A stretch of 64,000 nt of DNA from Phycisphaerae bacterium (GCA_016927755.1 JAFGLZ010000028.1:464-64463), one strand, 5' to 3'. Positions 25,270 through 34,779 are shown, counted from the stretch's first letter. The notes: a model not told the origin generated them from the letters alone. Numbers and translations: made by a program.

Positions 25270-26859
25270 CTAGCTCGGCGGAAGCAGCATCCATTCGACC
25301 GTCTTCAACTGGCCGTTCTCGTAGGCCGCGCGCGCTCGCAGGAGCTTCGGACGGTGATCCGCGTAGTGTCGCATCAGAAGCCTGTTGCGGGGGCCAAGGT
25401 CCCGCGCGTAGATGATCGGCGCGTGATCCCGATTAAGAGGATTGTTGAACAGATGGAGAACCAGCCAGCTTGCGTGAGGATCGGACTGCTTCTGCTCCAC
25501 CGGGGGGAACCCGAGTTCTTTCTGGTGCGGTCGAATGAACAGCAGCAGCGGCCCTTCCGCCTCGTGCACGCGGTCGATCTCATCCTGGATGGCCGCGACC
25601 ACCGCCGCCGTCTTCTCGAGGTGCCCCGGCACGTATCGCAGAGTCCAGCACTCGACCAGCACGACGGCGCATGCGACCGCGCGGAGAGCTCGGCCGCTAC
25701 CGATCAGATACCAGATTCCCCGCGCAAAGAGCACCCACAACGCCGGGAGGCAATCGAAGTAGCACACCTGTCGCGGAGACCAGTACAGCACGTGCCCTCC
25801 AAGGAACACGACGATCATCAGCACCAGCATCAGATCCCACCTGGACACCTCGCTCCGGCGAGACCGCCCCCGCGTCAGGCCTCGACCAAGCCACCAGAGC
25901 GTGACCGGCAACAGATCGAGATACCCCAGTGGCGGCCCCTGGACGAGTTCCCCGGCGGCCTTGACCAGATTGCCCAGCCCGTTCATCAGAGTATGGTTGA
26001 TGGTGTAGTCCCCCAGGCCCCGAATCCCGAAGCCCAGTCGATCGTTGGGGCAGTAGATCGAGAACGCCAGGGGCAAAACGGCGCCCGTGATCGCCCAGTT
26101 GTGAAGCAAGAGCAGGCCGATCCCCGGGACAAGACCCCCGGCAAAGGCCAACGACTGCCCGACCGTTCTCGGGCTTGCTCGGAAGAGTGCCAGACGGGAT
26201 ATCGCCAGCCATGCCACCACCAACGTCGCCGTGAACGGTCGAACCGTGAACTGCAGGCCAACGACCAGACCGCACAGAAGCGCCGGCCACACGCGCTCCT
26301 TCTCGATGCTCAACACGAACAAGAGCATGGCCGTCGTAGTCAGCAGACCGCTCGTCGGATACGACAGAATCGTGGGTGCCAGGAACAGATACTTGAGGTC
26401 GACAAGACACATGCAGATCGCCAGAACCGCTGTTCTCGTGTCGAATACGCGGCGGACCCACACGAGCGTCAGCCCGAGCGCTACCGCCGATAGGATGGGC
26501 GATGCAAAGCGGATATCGCCGGTGATCAGCGTCAGCCCGGCCATCGCCGCCGACGCGCCGGGGGGCTGGCGAGAGTATTCCCGCCCATCCTTCTGGATCA
26601 TGCCGAACGTCTTGAAGAAATCCGCGAACTCCTCGGGCGGCGCGGGTCCGTCCAAGTGGCCGCTGCCGAATACCTCGGCCTGGATGAGGTAAGGAGTCAG
26701 GTCGCTGATCGCGAGGTAGGCGGGACGAGCCCTCTGCACAACGAAGATCATGATCGCAAAGCTGACCAGGGCGATGCCAACGGGCAGCCCCCAGCTCGCC
26801 CGCGGCCGCAAGGGCTTCACATCCGCAAGAGAGATTCCCTCCGACGACTTGGCGATCAT
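25270..26859 (-). CDS. GT-C fold membrane glycosyltransferase (ArnT/PMT, GT39/GT83-like)
   Basis: More than 10 TM helices followed by a soluble C-terminal domain, which is the typical ArnT/PMT-like architecture. The start is ambiguous: MIAKSS at 26859 or further upstream at 27066. Confidence 0.55.
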   Translation of the reverse strand: MIAKSSEGISLADVKPLRPRASWGLPVGIALVSFAIMIFVVQRARPAYLAISDLTPYLIQAEVFGSGHLDGPAPPEEFADFFKTFGMIQKDGREYSRQPPGASAAMAGLTLITGDIRFASPILSAVALGLTLVWVRRVFDTRTAVLAICMCLVDLKYLFLAPTILSYPTSGLLTTTAMLLFVLSIEKERVWPALLCGLVVGLQFTVRPFTATLVVAWLAISRLALFRASPRTVGQSLAFAGGLVPGIGLLLLHNWAITGAVLPLAFSIYCPNDRLGFGIRGLGDYTINHTLMNGLGNLVKAAGELVQGPPLGYLDLLPVTLWWLGRGLTRGRSRRSEVSRWDLMLVLMIVVFLGGHVLYWSPRQVCYFDCLPALWVLFARGIWYLIGSGRALRAVACAVVLVECWTLRYVPGHLEKTAAVVAAIQDEIDRVHEAEGPLLLFIRPHQKELGFPPVEQKQSDPHASWLVLHLFNNPLNRDHAPIIYARDLGPRNRLLMRHYADHRPKLLRARAAYENGQLKTVEWMLLPPS

Positions 26860-27057
26860 CTGAAGTTCACCGAGAAGAGGACCCTGACCGATCGCAACGC
26901 CGACTGCATTGTATAGCCACGACGCTCCGTCCGACAGATCCTTCAAGGCCGGCAAGGATCTCGCTCTGCCTCCGATGCCCCTGTGCACCCTCCTCGATCG
27001 GCGGTAGACTGATGGTTGTTCTAACGTCCCCGTGCTGACTCGGAGGGATAGCCTGTA

Positions 27058-27963
27058 ATGATCCACATTGCATCGTGTGCATGCCTGATTGGCCTGCTCT
27101 TCATATCAATCGCGGCCCAGGCCGCCAGTCCGTCGGCGACCTCGAGCCATGTCCCCGCGCACAAACCCTTCTTCAAGACGCCCTGGCTGCTCGGCGCGCA
27201 TCGCGGCGGGGCGATGCTCTGGCCCCAGAACACGGTCGTGGCTTTCAAGGCCGCCGCCGAGCGATGGCCCGACGTCGTGCTCGAGTGCGACGCCCGGACG
27301 ACGGCGGACGGTCACGCGATTCTGATGCACGATGGGACGGTCGACGCGACCACGAACGGCAGCGGCGCCGCCGGCGAGATGACGCTGGCCCAGATCAAGG
27401 AGCTCGACGCCGGATACCGCTTCACGCCGGACGGCGGCAAGACGTTCCCGTGGCGGGGCAAGGGCGTCGTGATCCCGACGCTGGCCGAGGCGCTGGCCGC
27501 CTGTCCAAGCTCGCGGTTCGAGATCGAGCTCAAGCCGTCCAAGGACGTCGTCGAGCCGACGGTCCGTGCTATCCGCGAGGCCAAGGCGGAGGACCGCGTT
27601 CTGCTGGCCAGCTTCGACGTCCGGCTCATCCGAGAGGCGTGCAGGCTCCTGCCGAGGGTCGCATCCTGTTACGATTTCGCCGACGGTCTGCAGATGCAGA
27701 CCCTCCTTCGCAAGGGCGGCAAGGCGTGGGAGGACTATCGACCCACATCCGACGTCCTTTCAATGATGGAGAACATGTTGAAGCAGTTCGGCGTCACGCC
27801 GTCAGAGATCCGAGCCATGCAGGCCAAGGGCATCTACTTCCAGATCCACACGCCCAATACGCGCGAATCGATTGTCAAGCGGCTCGAGCTCGGGCCCGAC
27901 AGCGTCCTGACCGATCGCCCCGACCTGCTGGCCGAGATCATCGCCGAGCGCGCCAAGAAGTAG
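27058..27963 (+). CDS. Secreted glycerophosphodiester phosphodiesterase (GDPD family)
   Basis: Signal peptide present. The motif series HRGG...PQNT..AF, ECDARTTADGHAILMHDGTVDATTNG and EIELK identifies it. Confidence 0.85.
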   Translation: MIHIASCACLIGLLFISIAAQAASPSATSSHVPAHKPFFKTPWLLGAHRGGAMLWPQNTVVAFKAAAERWPDVVLECDARTTADGHAILMHDGTVDATTNGSGAAGEMTLAQIKELDAGYRFTPDGGKTFPWRGKGVVIPTLAEALAACPSSRFEIELKPSKDVVEPTVRAIREAKAEDRVLLASFDVRLIREACRLLPRVASCYDFADGLQMQTLLRKGGKAWEDYRPTSDVLSMMENMLKQFGVTPSEIRAMQAKGIYFQIHTPNTRESIVKRLELGPDSVLTDRPDLLAEIIAERAKK

Positions 27964-27994
27964 GACCCACACCGTGCGGCCTTTCCCAACGTAG

Positions 27995-28013
27995 CACGGG
28001 CGTCTCGCCCGTG
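27995..28013. repeat. REP-like hairpin
   Basis: CACGGGCG-TCT-CGCCCGTG, lying between convergent genes. Confidence 0.7.
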
Positions 28014-28093
28014 ATCTTCGGAGAAGGATTGCCTCGATACTCCCCGTCCCACGCGAATGGGCAATCGGGAACTCGTCTGCTTCGAGTCGAATC

Positions 28094-29491
28094 CTAAGGA
28101 GATGCGTCCTTCTGCCGCGGCTTCAGGTCGAGCCGGTTGAAGCGAACGACGAAGTTGCGATCGCTCAGCGGGCCCACTTTTCCGCCGTAGCCGAGTTTCG
28201 CGTAGGCGTCTTGGGTCATCGCCGACCATTCGAGGCACTTCGGATCGCGCAGAGGGAAGTAGCTCTGCATATACCCGCCGTCGAAGACTCGCGTGATGGC
28301 GTAGCCGCACGGGTACTCCTTCGTCGAGGCCGTCTCGATATAGGGCAGGTTCCCCGTCTCCTGCGGCCAGGTCCCGACGAAGTTGCGATGGAGGTGTCCG
28401 GCGAAGACGCCGACGACTCGACCGTGCGTCCGAGCGAGCGCGGCAAAGCGACGGGCGTCCGGCTCGCGGACCTGCGGCACCTTTCCCGTGGCGAAGTCCA
28501 TGGCATAGGCTGCCTGCTTGCCGTATCGCTTGATGAGCATCCGCCTGGCCAGGTCATACAAGGATTGACCCCATTGATTGGAGTTGGGGCGCTCGAGCGA
28601 TTGTAAGATAGGTCGGTGGCCGAAGATCAGCGTGTACTTGTCTCGATGCTCCTGAAGGTCCGACGTGAGCCAGTTGTGCTGAACCTCCCTCGTCGCCGGG
28701 CTCCTTCCGTACATGGGCTCGGTATCAATGACGACGAAGTGGAAGCCCTCGTGGTCGAACGAATACCAGGGCAGCGCCAGGCCGAATGTCCTGAGAATCG
28801 GCTCGAGTAGCCTGTCGTGGTTGCCGCGGACGACGTGATAGGGGTTGCTCAGGCGGTCGTACAATCGCTTGGCGATCGGCGCCTCGATCTCGCTTTGCCG
28901 GTCGGTCAGGTCTCCCTTGATCACGGTGAAGGACACTTTCCTCGCGTTGATTTCGTCAACGGCCGCGGCGACGGCGACCTCTATCATGCGGACGTTCGGA
29001 TCGGGCCAGCGAACACCCTCGCTGAAGACCTTGCCGGAGGCCGTTGCGTAGCGGGCCACCGCCGTCTGGCCGACGTGCGTGTCGGTCATCTGGGCGAAGG
29101 CGAAGCGCTCCTTTCCCGGCGGCGGGACGAGCGTCTTGAAGCTCCCTGGGGACATCGGGGCGAGGGCGAGCTTGGCCGAGCCGCTCTGGCAGACGTAGTG
29201 GTATTCCGTGCCGGGCTCGAGCCCCGTGATCTCGCAGTAGTGGAAGCGGGCATCGCCTGCCCCCGAGGCGATGCGATCCAGCGCCCCGCGCCTCGTGCCG
29301 TATCGAACCTTCGTATCGGCCGGTAGGTTCGTTTCCCACGTCAGGACCGCCGAGGCGTCGGTGAGGGTCATCAGGGCGAGCCGGCGAATCCGGACTTCGG
29401 CGCCCGAAAGGAGATCGGGGGTCCAGGCGGCAAGGACGATCGCAAGGTCAAAGGCGATTCGGCGGAAGCGGGACGTCATCGCTGCCCTCAT
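28094..29491 (-). CDS. Calcineurin-like metallophosphoesterase with an N-terminal purple-acid-phosphatase-type FN3 domain
   Basis: N-terminal SRFRRIAF (possible Tat signal). The FN3-like segment is LTDASAVLTWETN...GLEPGTEYHY. Phosphoesterase motifs are MTDTHVG, GDLTD, RGNHD and GHLH. Confidence 0.8.
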   Translation of the reverse strand: MRAAMTSRFRRIAFDLAIVLAAWTPDLLSGAEVRIRRLALMTLTDASAVLTWETNLPADTKVRYGTRRGALDRIASGAGDARFHYCEITGLEPGTEYHYVCQSGSAKLALAPMSPGSFKTLVPPPGKERFAFAQMTDTHVGQTAVARYATASGKVFSEGVRWPDPNVRMIEVAVAAAVDEINARKVSFTVIKGDLTDRQSEIEAPIAKRLYDRLSNPYHVVRGNHDRLLEPILRTFGLALPWYSFDHEGFHFVVIDTEPMYGRSPATREVQHNWLTSDLQEHRDKYTLIFGHRPILQSLERPNSNQWGQSLYDLARRMLIKRYGKQAAYAMDFATGKVPQVREPDARRFAALARTHGRVVGVFAGHLHRNFVGTWPQETGNLPYIETASTKEYPCGYAITRVFDGGYMQSYFPLRDPKCLEWSAMTQDAYAKLGYGGKVGPLSDRNFVVRFNRLDLKPRQKDASP

Positions 29492-29619
29492 GGACGCAGG
29501 AGGTCTTGGCTGAGTCGATTCATTCCGTCAGGCAATCCTAGTCAACTCGCTCCGACCGGGTCAACCGGCGCGACGCCGAGAGCGCGACGACCGAGAGAGT
29601 GGATTCATCGGGCGGGAGT

Positions 29620-29668
29620 AAAAAAATGTGGGGCCCCAGTCTGTAGGAGGCAGCCAGGCTGGGGCCCC
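29620..29668 (-). terminator. Strong intrinsic terminator on the minus strand with no annotated gene upstream of it
   Basis: On the minus strand: a perfect 10-bp stem GGGGCCCCAG...CTGGGGCCCC, then ACATTTTTTTAC. Confidence 0.6.
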
Positions 29669-30083
29669 GATCCAGGGCAACGTGAAGGAGGCATTGTAGG
29701 GTTAGGGTCAAGGTGCTACACGGCGGCCCCGGTTTGCCACGGCTCGCCAGCGTAGCGTAATATCCTGCCCGCCCTCGTTGACCTAGGGTTAAGTGCTTCC
29801 CTCCCCCCCGATCAACTCAAGTAGGCTGATGATCTATTTCCTCGCGAGTGTGAGTCGCTCCGGAGCAATGACCCGCATTCGCGGCACACAGAACGTAAGA
29901 TACAGATCCCAGCGAGGCAAATGACCATCGAGGAAATTTGCCAATCCGGCCCGATCCCGCTATATAAGGCACTATACTCGGGGGTCTTGCGCGTTTGAGG
30001 CATTCCCGCCGACGTTCGATGGACCTCGGGCCCCGGGCCCGACAGCAGCCGGCCCGTGAGGCCGAGAAGGAGACGGTAGTCGC

Positions 30084-31001
30084 ATGTGCAGCCAACCCAC
30101 CACGCATTTCACCGGCATCTGGCCGGCGATGATCACGCCCTTCGACGACAATGACGAACTCGATCTGAAGGCTCTGGACAAGCTGGTCGCGCACCTCATT
30201 AAGGAAGGTGCGTCCGGGCTCTACGTCGGCGGCAGCACGGGCGAGGGGCCCCTCATGTCGCCCGACGAGCGGAAAACCCTCGCCGAGCGGACCGTGGCCG
30301 CCGTCGCCGGGCAGATCCCCGTGATCGTCCACGTCGGCGGGGGACGTCCCGCGGACGACATCGCCCTGGCCAAGCACGCGAGCAAGCTCGGCGTCGCCGG
30401 CGTCAGCAGCGTCCCGCCGATCTACTACCCGTATCCGCCGGAGTCGGTGTTCGAGCACTTCCGTCGCATTGCCGCCGCGGCCGAGGTCCCGTTCTACGGC
30501 TATCACCTGACCGGACAATCCGCCAGGCCGCTGTCGATGGAGCAGTACGTCGAATGCTTGCTCGAGATCCCGACGGCCGCGGGCATCAAGTACACCGGCC
30601 AGAACCCCGTCGACATCGCCATGCTCAGGCAGCTCTCCGACGGCAAGCTGATGGTCTTCAGCGGGGCCGACGAGTGCTATCTCGGCAACATGGCCCAAGG
30701 CGCGGAGGCCGCCATCGGATCGTTCTACAACGTCTTCCTGCCCGAGTGGCGCAAGATGCACGACCTGGCCGTCGGGGGAAAATGGGACGAGGCCCGGCAC
30801 CGCATGGCCCTTGCCGCGCACGCGATCATGGAGATCCGCGGCTTCGGCGTCGATTTGGCCAAGTACATCCTGGCCAAGCAGGGCTTCAACGTCGGATGCG
30901 CCCGGCACCCGCTGCCGAGGATGGACCGGCCGACCCACGAGCCGTTCGAGAAGATTTGGGCTACCCTCGGGGAGTTCCGAGCCAACGTTCAGAACTGGTA
31001 G
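30084..31001 (+). CDS. DapA/NAL-family class I aldolase (dihydrodipicolinate synthase family)
   Basis: AAGGAG upstream of the ATG. Motifs GGSTGEG and the Schiff-base lysine context AAGIKYTG. The canonical DapA YNxP is replaced by FYGYHL, so a sugar-acid aldolase is as likely as true DapA. Confidence 0.75.
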   Translation: MCSQPTTHFTGIWPAMITPFDDNDELDLKALDKLVAHLIKEGASGLYVGGSTGEGPLMSPDERKTLAERTVAAVAGQIPVIVHVGGGRPADDIALAKHASKLGVAGVSSVPPIYYPYPPESVFEHFRRIAAAAEVPFYGYHLTGQSARPLSMEQYVECLLEIPTAAGIKYTGQNPVDIAMLRQLSDGKLMVFSGADECYLGNMAQGAEAAIGSFYNVFLPEWRKMHDLAVGGKWDEARHRMALAAHAIMEIRGFGVDLAKYILAKQGFNVGCARHPLPRMDRPTHEPFEKIWATLGEFRANVQNW

Positions 31002-31008
31002 GCCCTAG

Positions 31009-32148
31009 TTACACCGCAATCGGATACCGCCCGAACTCCTTGCCGGCCTCGAACAGCGCGATGATGTTCGCCGGGGGCACCTCGGGTTGGAGGTTGTGGA
31101 CCGCCGACAGGATGTACCCCCCGCCAGGGGCCATGTCGTGGATACGGCGTTTTACCTCCTGGCGGACGTCCTCGGCGCTGCCGCGCGGCATGATGCTCTG
31201 CGTGTCGATCCCGCCCCAGAACGCCATGCGCTTGCCGAACTCGGACTTGAGCTTGGCCGTGTCCATGTAGGCGGCCGAGACCTGTAGTGGGTTGATCGCC
31301 TGAACGCCCAGTTGGATGAAGTCGCCGATGAACGCGTAGCACGAGCCGCAGCAGTGGTGCATGAGCTTGGCCTTCGTGCTCACCCGGGCGTGCGCCCAGA
31401 TCTTGTTGAAGTGCGGTTTGAGCAGCCTCTTGAAGCAGTCCGGCCCGATCTGGGGGCCGTTCTGGCCGCCCAGGTCGTCCGACGTGTAAACGATGTCGAC
31501 CAGGTCGCCGATCTCGCGGAACACGATGTCGTTCACGGCGATCTGGATTTGAGTCGTTCGCTCGAACAGCGCCTGCACGAACGACTCGTTCATCGCCAGG
31601 TCGACCATGAAGTTCTCGAACCCCCGCAGGAACTGTCCGAGCGACAGGACCCGCCCGCGGATCTCGAGCGTGACGGCGTAGTCGGTTTCCTTGCGGAGCT
31701 TGCGGAGCGTCTCGGCCACGCCGTCCAGCATGACCATGTCCTTCGGTTCCATCCAGTCGTACCGCTCGACGGCCTGGACCGTCGCCTCGTCCTGGAAAGG
31801 AGCCCGCTCGACGTAGTAGTGCCCGCCCGGGGGCTTGTGCCACCGCACGCCCCACTCGTCGATGAACGTGTCGTCCGAGATGACCTCCTTCGTCCCGCCC
31901 GCCCCGCACGCCTGCGGGCCGTGGACGATGTCGACGTCGAGCGCCTCGCGGACGTCGTCCTCGATGTCGGCCAGCGAGGCGTAGCGTCTCGCGTCGGCGT
32001 GCTCATGGGCCGGCAGCCCCAGCGCCTGGCGAAGCGCCGGGTACGCCTCGCCGACCATCGTGCTGGCCAACGACCCGCCCAGGTCCATTGGCACGCGGTC
32101 GGGCTCCTCGTGATTCAGCGCGGCCATCACTCGCTGGCGACGGGTCAT
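31009..32148 (-). CDS. Uroporphyrinogen-decarboxylase (URO-D/MtaA)-family protein, paralogue 2
   Basis: RQRVMAALNHEEPDRVPMDLG..., DDLGGQNGPQI, HHCCGS and YILSAVHNLQPEVPPANI fit the URO-D-like family. Start MTRRQRV at 32148. Confidence 0.7.
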   Translation of the reverse strand: MTRRQRVMAALNHEEPDRVPMDLGGSLASTMVGEAYPALRQALGLPAHEHADARRYASLADIEDDVREALDVDIVHGPQACGAGGTKEVISDDTFIDEWGVRWHKPPGGHYYVERAPFQDEATVQAVERYDWMEPKDMVMLDGVAETLRKLRKETDYAVTLEIRGRVLSLGQFLRGFENFMVDLAMNESFVQALFERTTQIQIAVNDIVFREIGDLVDIVYTSDDLGGQNGPQIGPDCFKRLLKPHFNKIWAHARVSTKAKLMHHCCGSCYAFIGDFIQLGVQAINPLQVSAAYMDTAKLKSEFGKRMAFWGGIDTQSIMPRGSAEDVRQEVKRRIHDMAPGGGYILSAVHNLQPEVPPANIIALFEAGKEFGRYPIAV

Positions 32149-32238
32149 CGTGATACTCCCGCTCTCGTTACTTCCCCCAATCGACCGCGTCCAATCAGAC
32201 ACGACCCGAAAGCAAAGATCAATACGCCATCGACGGCG

Positions 32239-33183
32239 TTATCGCTTCCGCTTCCTCTGGGGACGCTTGGTGGGTCCGGCCGCCGGCGCGCTGCGCGTCT
32301 TCTTGACACGGGTCGTCTTCTTGACGCGGATCGTCTTTCTGTCGCGGGTCGTCTTCTCGCCGCGGATTGTCTTCTCGCGGCGGGGCGTCTCCTTGCGCTG
32401 GGTGGCGGGGGGGGCCTTCTTCTTGCTCGAGGCGCGACGCTTGGCCTCGGCCCTCTTGGCGGTCGACACCTCGATCAGGTCCCGCAGGTACTTGACCTCG
32501 CCGGGGCCCAGGCGGCGATACTTGCCGACGCCCAGTCCTCGCAGGTCCAACCGGCCGATTCGGATTCGCGTCAGATCGCGGACGGCGTGGCCCAGCTTGG
32601 CGAGCATCCTGCGCACCTGACGGTTTCGCCCCTCGCGAAGCGTGATCTCCAGCACCGTCTGCTCGTGGCTGCTGTAGATTACCGTCACGCGCGAGGCCTT
32701 CATCCGGCCGTCGCTGAGCCACATTCCTTCTCGAAGCTGCTGGAAATCGTCTTCCGTGAGCTTGCCGGCCACGCGGGCGCGATACGTCTTCGGCACCCCG
32801 TAGCGGGGGTGCGTCAGACGAGCGGCCAGATCGCCGTCGTTGGTCATCAGGAGCAATCCCTGACTGTCGGCGTCGAGCCGGCCGATGGGATAGACCCGCT
32901 CCTTGACCCCCGGCATCAGGTCGACCGGTCGCTTACGGTTGTCCGGGTCGCTTTGCGTGCAGAATACCCCCTTGGGCTTGTTGAGGAGGTAATACACCTT
33001 GGGCTCGATGCGGATCCGACGGCGGTCGACCTTGATCTCGTCGACGTTCGGGTCCACCAGGACGGGGAGCTGCGCGACGCGCTTGCCGTTCACGCTCACG
33101 CGGCCCTCGAGGATCAGCTCCTCGCACGCTCGCCGCGAGCCGATGCCCGCCGTCGCCAGGACTTTCTGTAGTCGTTCCGCCAT
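32239..33183 (-). CDS. rluB: RluB/RsuA-family 23S/16S rRNA pseudouridine synthase with a basic repeat tail
   Basis: S4 domain LQKVLATAGIGSRRACEELI, catalytic YPIGRLDADSQGLLLMTNDG, and REGRNRQVRRM. Confidence 0.88.
   Translation of the reverse strand: MAERLQKVLATAGIGSRRACEELILEGRVSVNGKRVAQLPVLVDPNVDEIKVDRRRIRIEPKVYYLLNKPKGVFCTQSDPDNRKRPVDLMPGVKERVYPIGRLDADSQGLLLMTNDGDLAARLTHPRYGVPKTYRARVAGKLTEDDFQQLREGMWLSDGRMKASRVTVIYSSHEQTVLEITLREGRNRQVRRMLAKLGHAVRDLTRIRIGRLDLRGLGVGKYRRLGPGEVKYLRDLIEVSTAKRAEAKRRASSKKKAPPATQRKETPRREKTIRGEKTTRDRKTIRVKKTTRVKKTRSAPAAGPTKRPQRKRKR
32293..32400. repeat. Six imperfect 18-bp tandem repeats inside the rluB 3' end
   Basis: The units resemble GGTCGTCTTCTTGACGCG. On the minus strand they encode hexapeptide repeats (RREKTI RGEKTT RDRKTI RVKKTT RVKKTR). 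Confidence 0.8.
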
Positions 33184-33279
33184 GAATGGACTTCACTCCA
33201 AGGGAAGGCACGGCTGCCTTCGCCTAGCCGAACAAGCTTGGCGCATTCTAGCACTGTATGGGGGATCTCACCACGCGCC

Positions 33280-34533
33280 TCACGCCTGGGGCGGCGTCCG
33301 TCCCAGTTCGCGGGCGGCAACGGCCAGCCACTCGTTGCACTGATCGAGCATCTGTCCGTCGGACAGCATCTCCTTGCAGCGGAGAAGATGCGCTTCCGCT
33401 TGCTCATAGCTGGACAGGTACTTGGCATAGATGACCCCGAGCATGAGATGAACCTGCTGCCGATGCTCGCCGGTGGTGTAGTGCGACAGGTACTTCTCGT
33501 AGGCCTCGGCCGCCTCGACGTACTTCTGCTGACCCATCAGCGCGTTGCCGACGTCGAGTTGCTGCTGACGCGGCAGGACCAGCTTCGGGTTGACCTCGAT
33601 CAGCCGGAGGTAACCGTCGGCGGCGGCGGGACGGTCGCCGGCGTGGATCGCCGCCGTAATCTCGCCGCGGATGTCCATGGTTTCGTCGAGCTGCAGGTCG
33701 ATCTCGCCGGCGCTGCCGGACCGCGCGGGGGGGTCGGTTCGCGCCACCCGTCCGTACCGGGCCCGGACGTCGGACATCGGGTCGGTCGCGACCGCGCGCG
33801 CGAAGGCGCGCCGTTGCAGGGCGCGCTTCCACAGCGCCACGAGGTCGAACTGGTCCCGAGGGATCGCACGGATCCACAGCAGAAGCATCCCGATTCCCAG
33901 ACCCGCCGCGTACCCCGCGATATGCGCCGAGTAAGCCACGCTCGACCATCCACCCAACATCGGCTCGATGATGTTGTCGTACACGATGATCTTCGCCACG
34001 ATCAGGATCATGCTGGGAAGCTCGAAATAGCCGATCACGAAGAACCAGTAGAAGAAGCTCGTGCGGCTTCGCGGGAACAAGACGAGGAATCCGGTCGTCA
34101 CGCCCGCGATGGCGCCGGACGCGCCCAGCAGCGCTGCATCATTGATCGTGATGTAGGCCGTCCCCGCCAGCACGCCGCAGCTCAGGTAGAACAGTAGATA
34201 CGTCACTTGGCCCATCTTGGCGTTCACGCTGTTGCCGAAGACCCACAGGAACAGCAGGTTGCCCAGGAGGTGCGACCAGCCGTCGTGGAGGAACTGGTAC
34301 GTGAAGAGTTGGTACAGTTCGGGGTTGTCCCCGTTCAGCATCAGGCGGTACTCGATGAGGTCCGATCGCAACGGCCCGTGACGCATTTCCTCCATGCCCG
34401 GCTCGTTCCTCAGGAACAGCGGACTGAAGTCATGCGTGCCCAGGAAGATGAGGAAGTTCAACGCGATGAGGACGTGGTTGGCGGTGGGGCGCCGTCGGAT
34501 CGGGCTGTCGGTGCGAAGGGGAATGAGAAGCAT
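33280..34533 (-). CDS. Rhomboid-family intramembrane serine protease with a C-terminal TPR-like domain
   Basis: HLLGNLLFLWVFG, the catalytic GASGAIAG and AHIAGYAAG, followed by a soluble helical repeat tail. Confidence 0.85.
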   Translation of the reverse strand: MLLIPLRTDSPIRRRPTANHVLIALNFLIFLGTHDFSPLFLRNEPGMEEMRHGPLRSDLIEYRLMLNGDNPELYQLFTYQFLHDGWSHLLGNLLFLWVFGNSVNAKMGQVTYLLFYLSCGVLAGTAYITINDAALLGASGAIAGVTTGFLVLFPRSRTSFFYWFFVIGYFELPSMILIVAKIIVYDNIIEPMLGGWSSVAYSAHIAGYAAGLGIGMLLLWIRAIPRDQFDLVALWKRALQRRAFARAVATDPMSDVRARYGRVARTDPPARSGSAGEIDLQLDETMDIRGEITAAIHAGDRPAAADGYLRLIEVNPKLVLPRQQQLDVGNALMGQQKYVEAAEAYEKYLSHYTTGEHRQQVHLMLGVIYAKYLSSYEQAEAHLLRCKEMLSDGQMLDQCNEWLAVAARELGRTPPQA

Positions 34534-34685
34534 GATGATCCCGCGGACGGCTCCCTGTCGTGCTGATTGTCTGCGTCGTTCGTCCCGATTCTAGCCGATC
34601 GGCGGTCCGAACCCAAGCAGCAGCCCCCCGGCCCCGCGCGAATCGCGCGTCTCCGCGGATTCACTGCCGAGCGGCAACTCTGAAT

Positions 34686-34779
34686 GCACGGGCGAGATCA
34701 GACGTCGCGTATGCGGCGGGCACGCAGCATGGGCATCTTGCCCATGAACCGTCACGGGCGAGATCCGCCTTCGGCGGAT
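34686..34779. repeat. Cluster of REP-like hairpins and half-sites
   Basis: CACGGGCGAGAT half-sites at 34688 and 34753; CATGGGCA-TCT-TGCCCATG at 34728-34746; ATCCGC-CTTCG-GCGGAT at 34763-34779. Confidence 0.65.

Noticed and set aside
28070-28100. tRNA T-loop-like GAGTCGAATCC
   Set aside because: No acceptor, D or anticodon arms can be drawn from the surrounding sequence. It lies at the 3' end of the metallophosphoesterase gene region.
29630-29668. SRP (4.5S) RNA-like string AGGAGGCAGCCAGG inside the hairpin loop
   Set aside because: It resembles the GGAAGCAGCCAAGG of SRP helix 8. However, the hairpin is only 39 nt, has no GNRA tetraloop and no extended helix 5 or asymmetric loop, and the flanks are not complementary. 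It is better explained as a minus-strand terminator.
29817-30938. 373-aa minus-strand ORF
   Set aside because: It is antisense to the DapA-family gene (GSTGEG, Schiff-base Lys) and has shadow composition.
31312-33171. 619-aa + strand ORF
   Set aside because: It spans two well-supported minus-strand genes (URO-D-like, rluB) and the spacer between them, so it is a shadow ORF.
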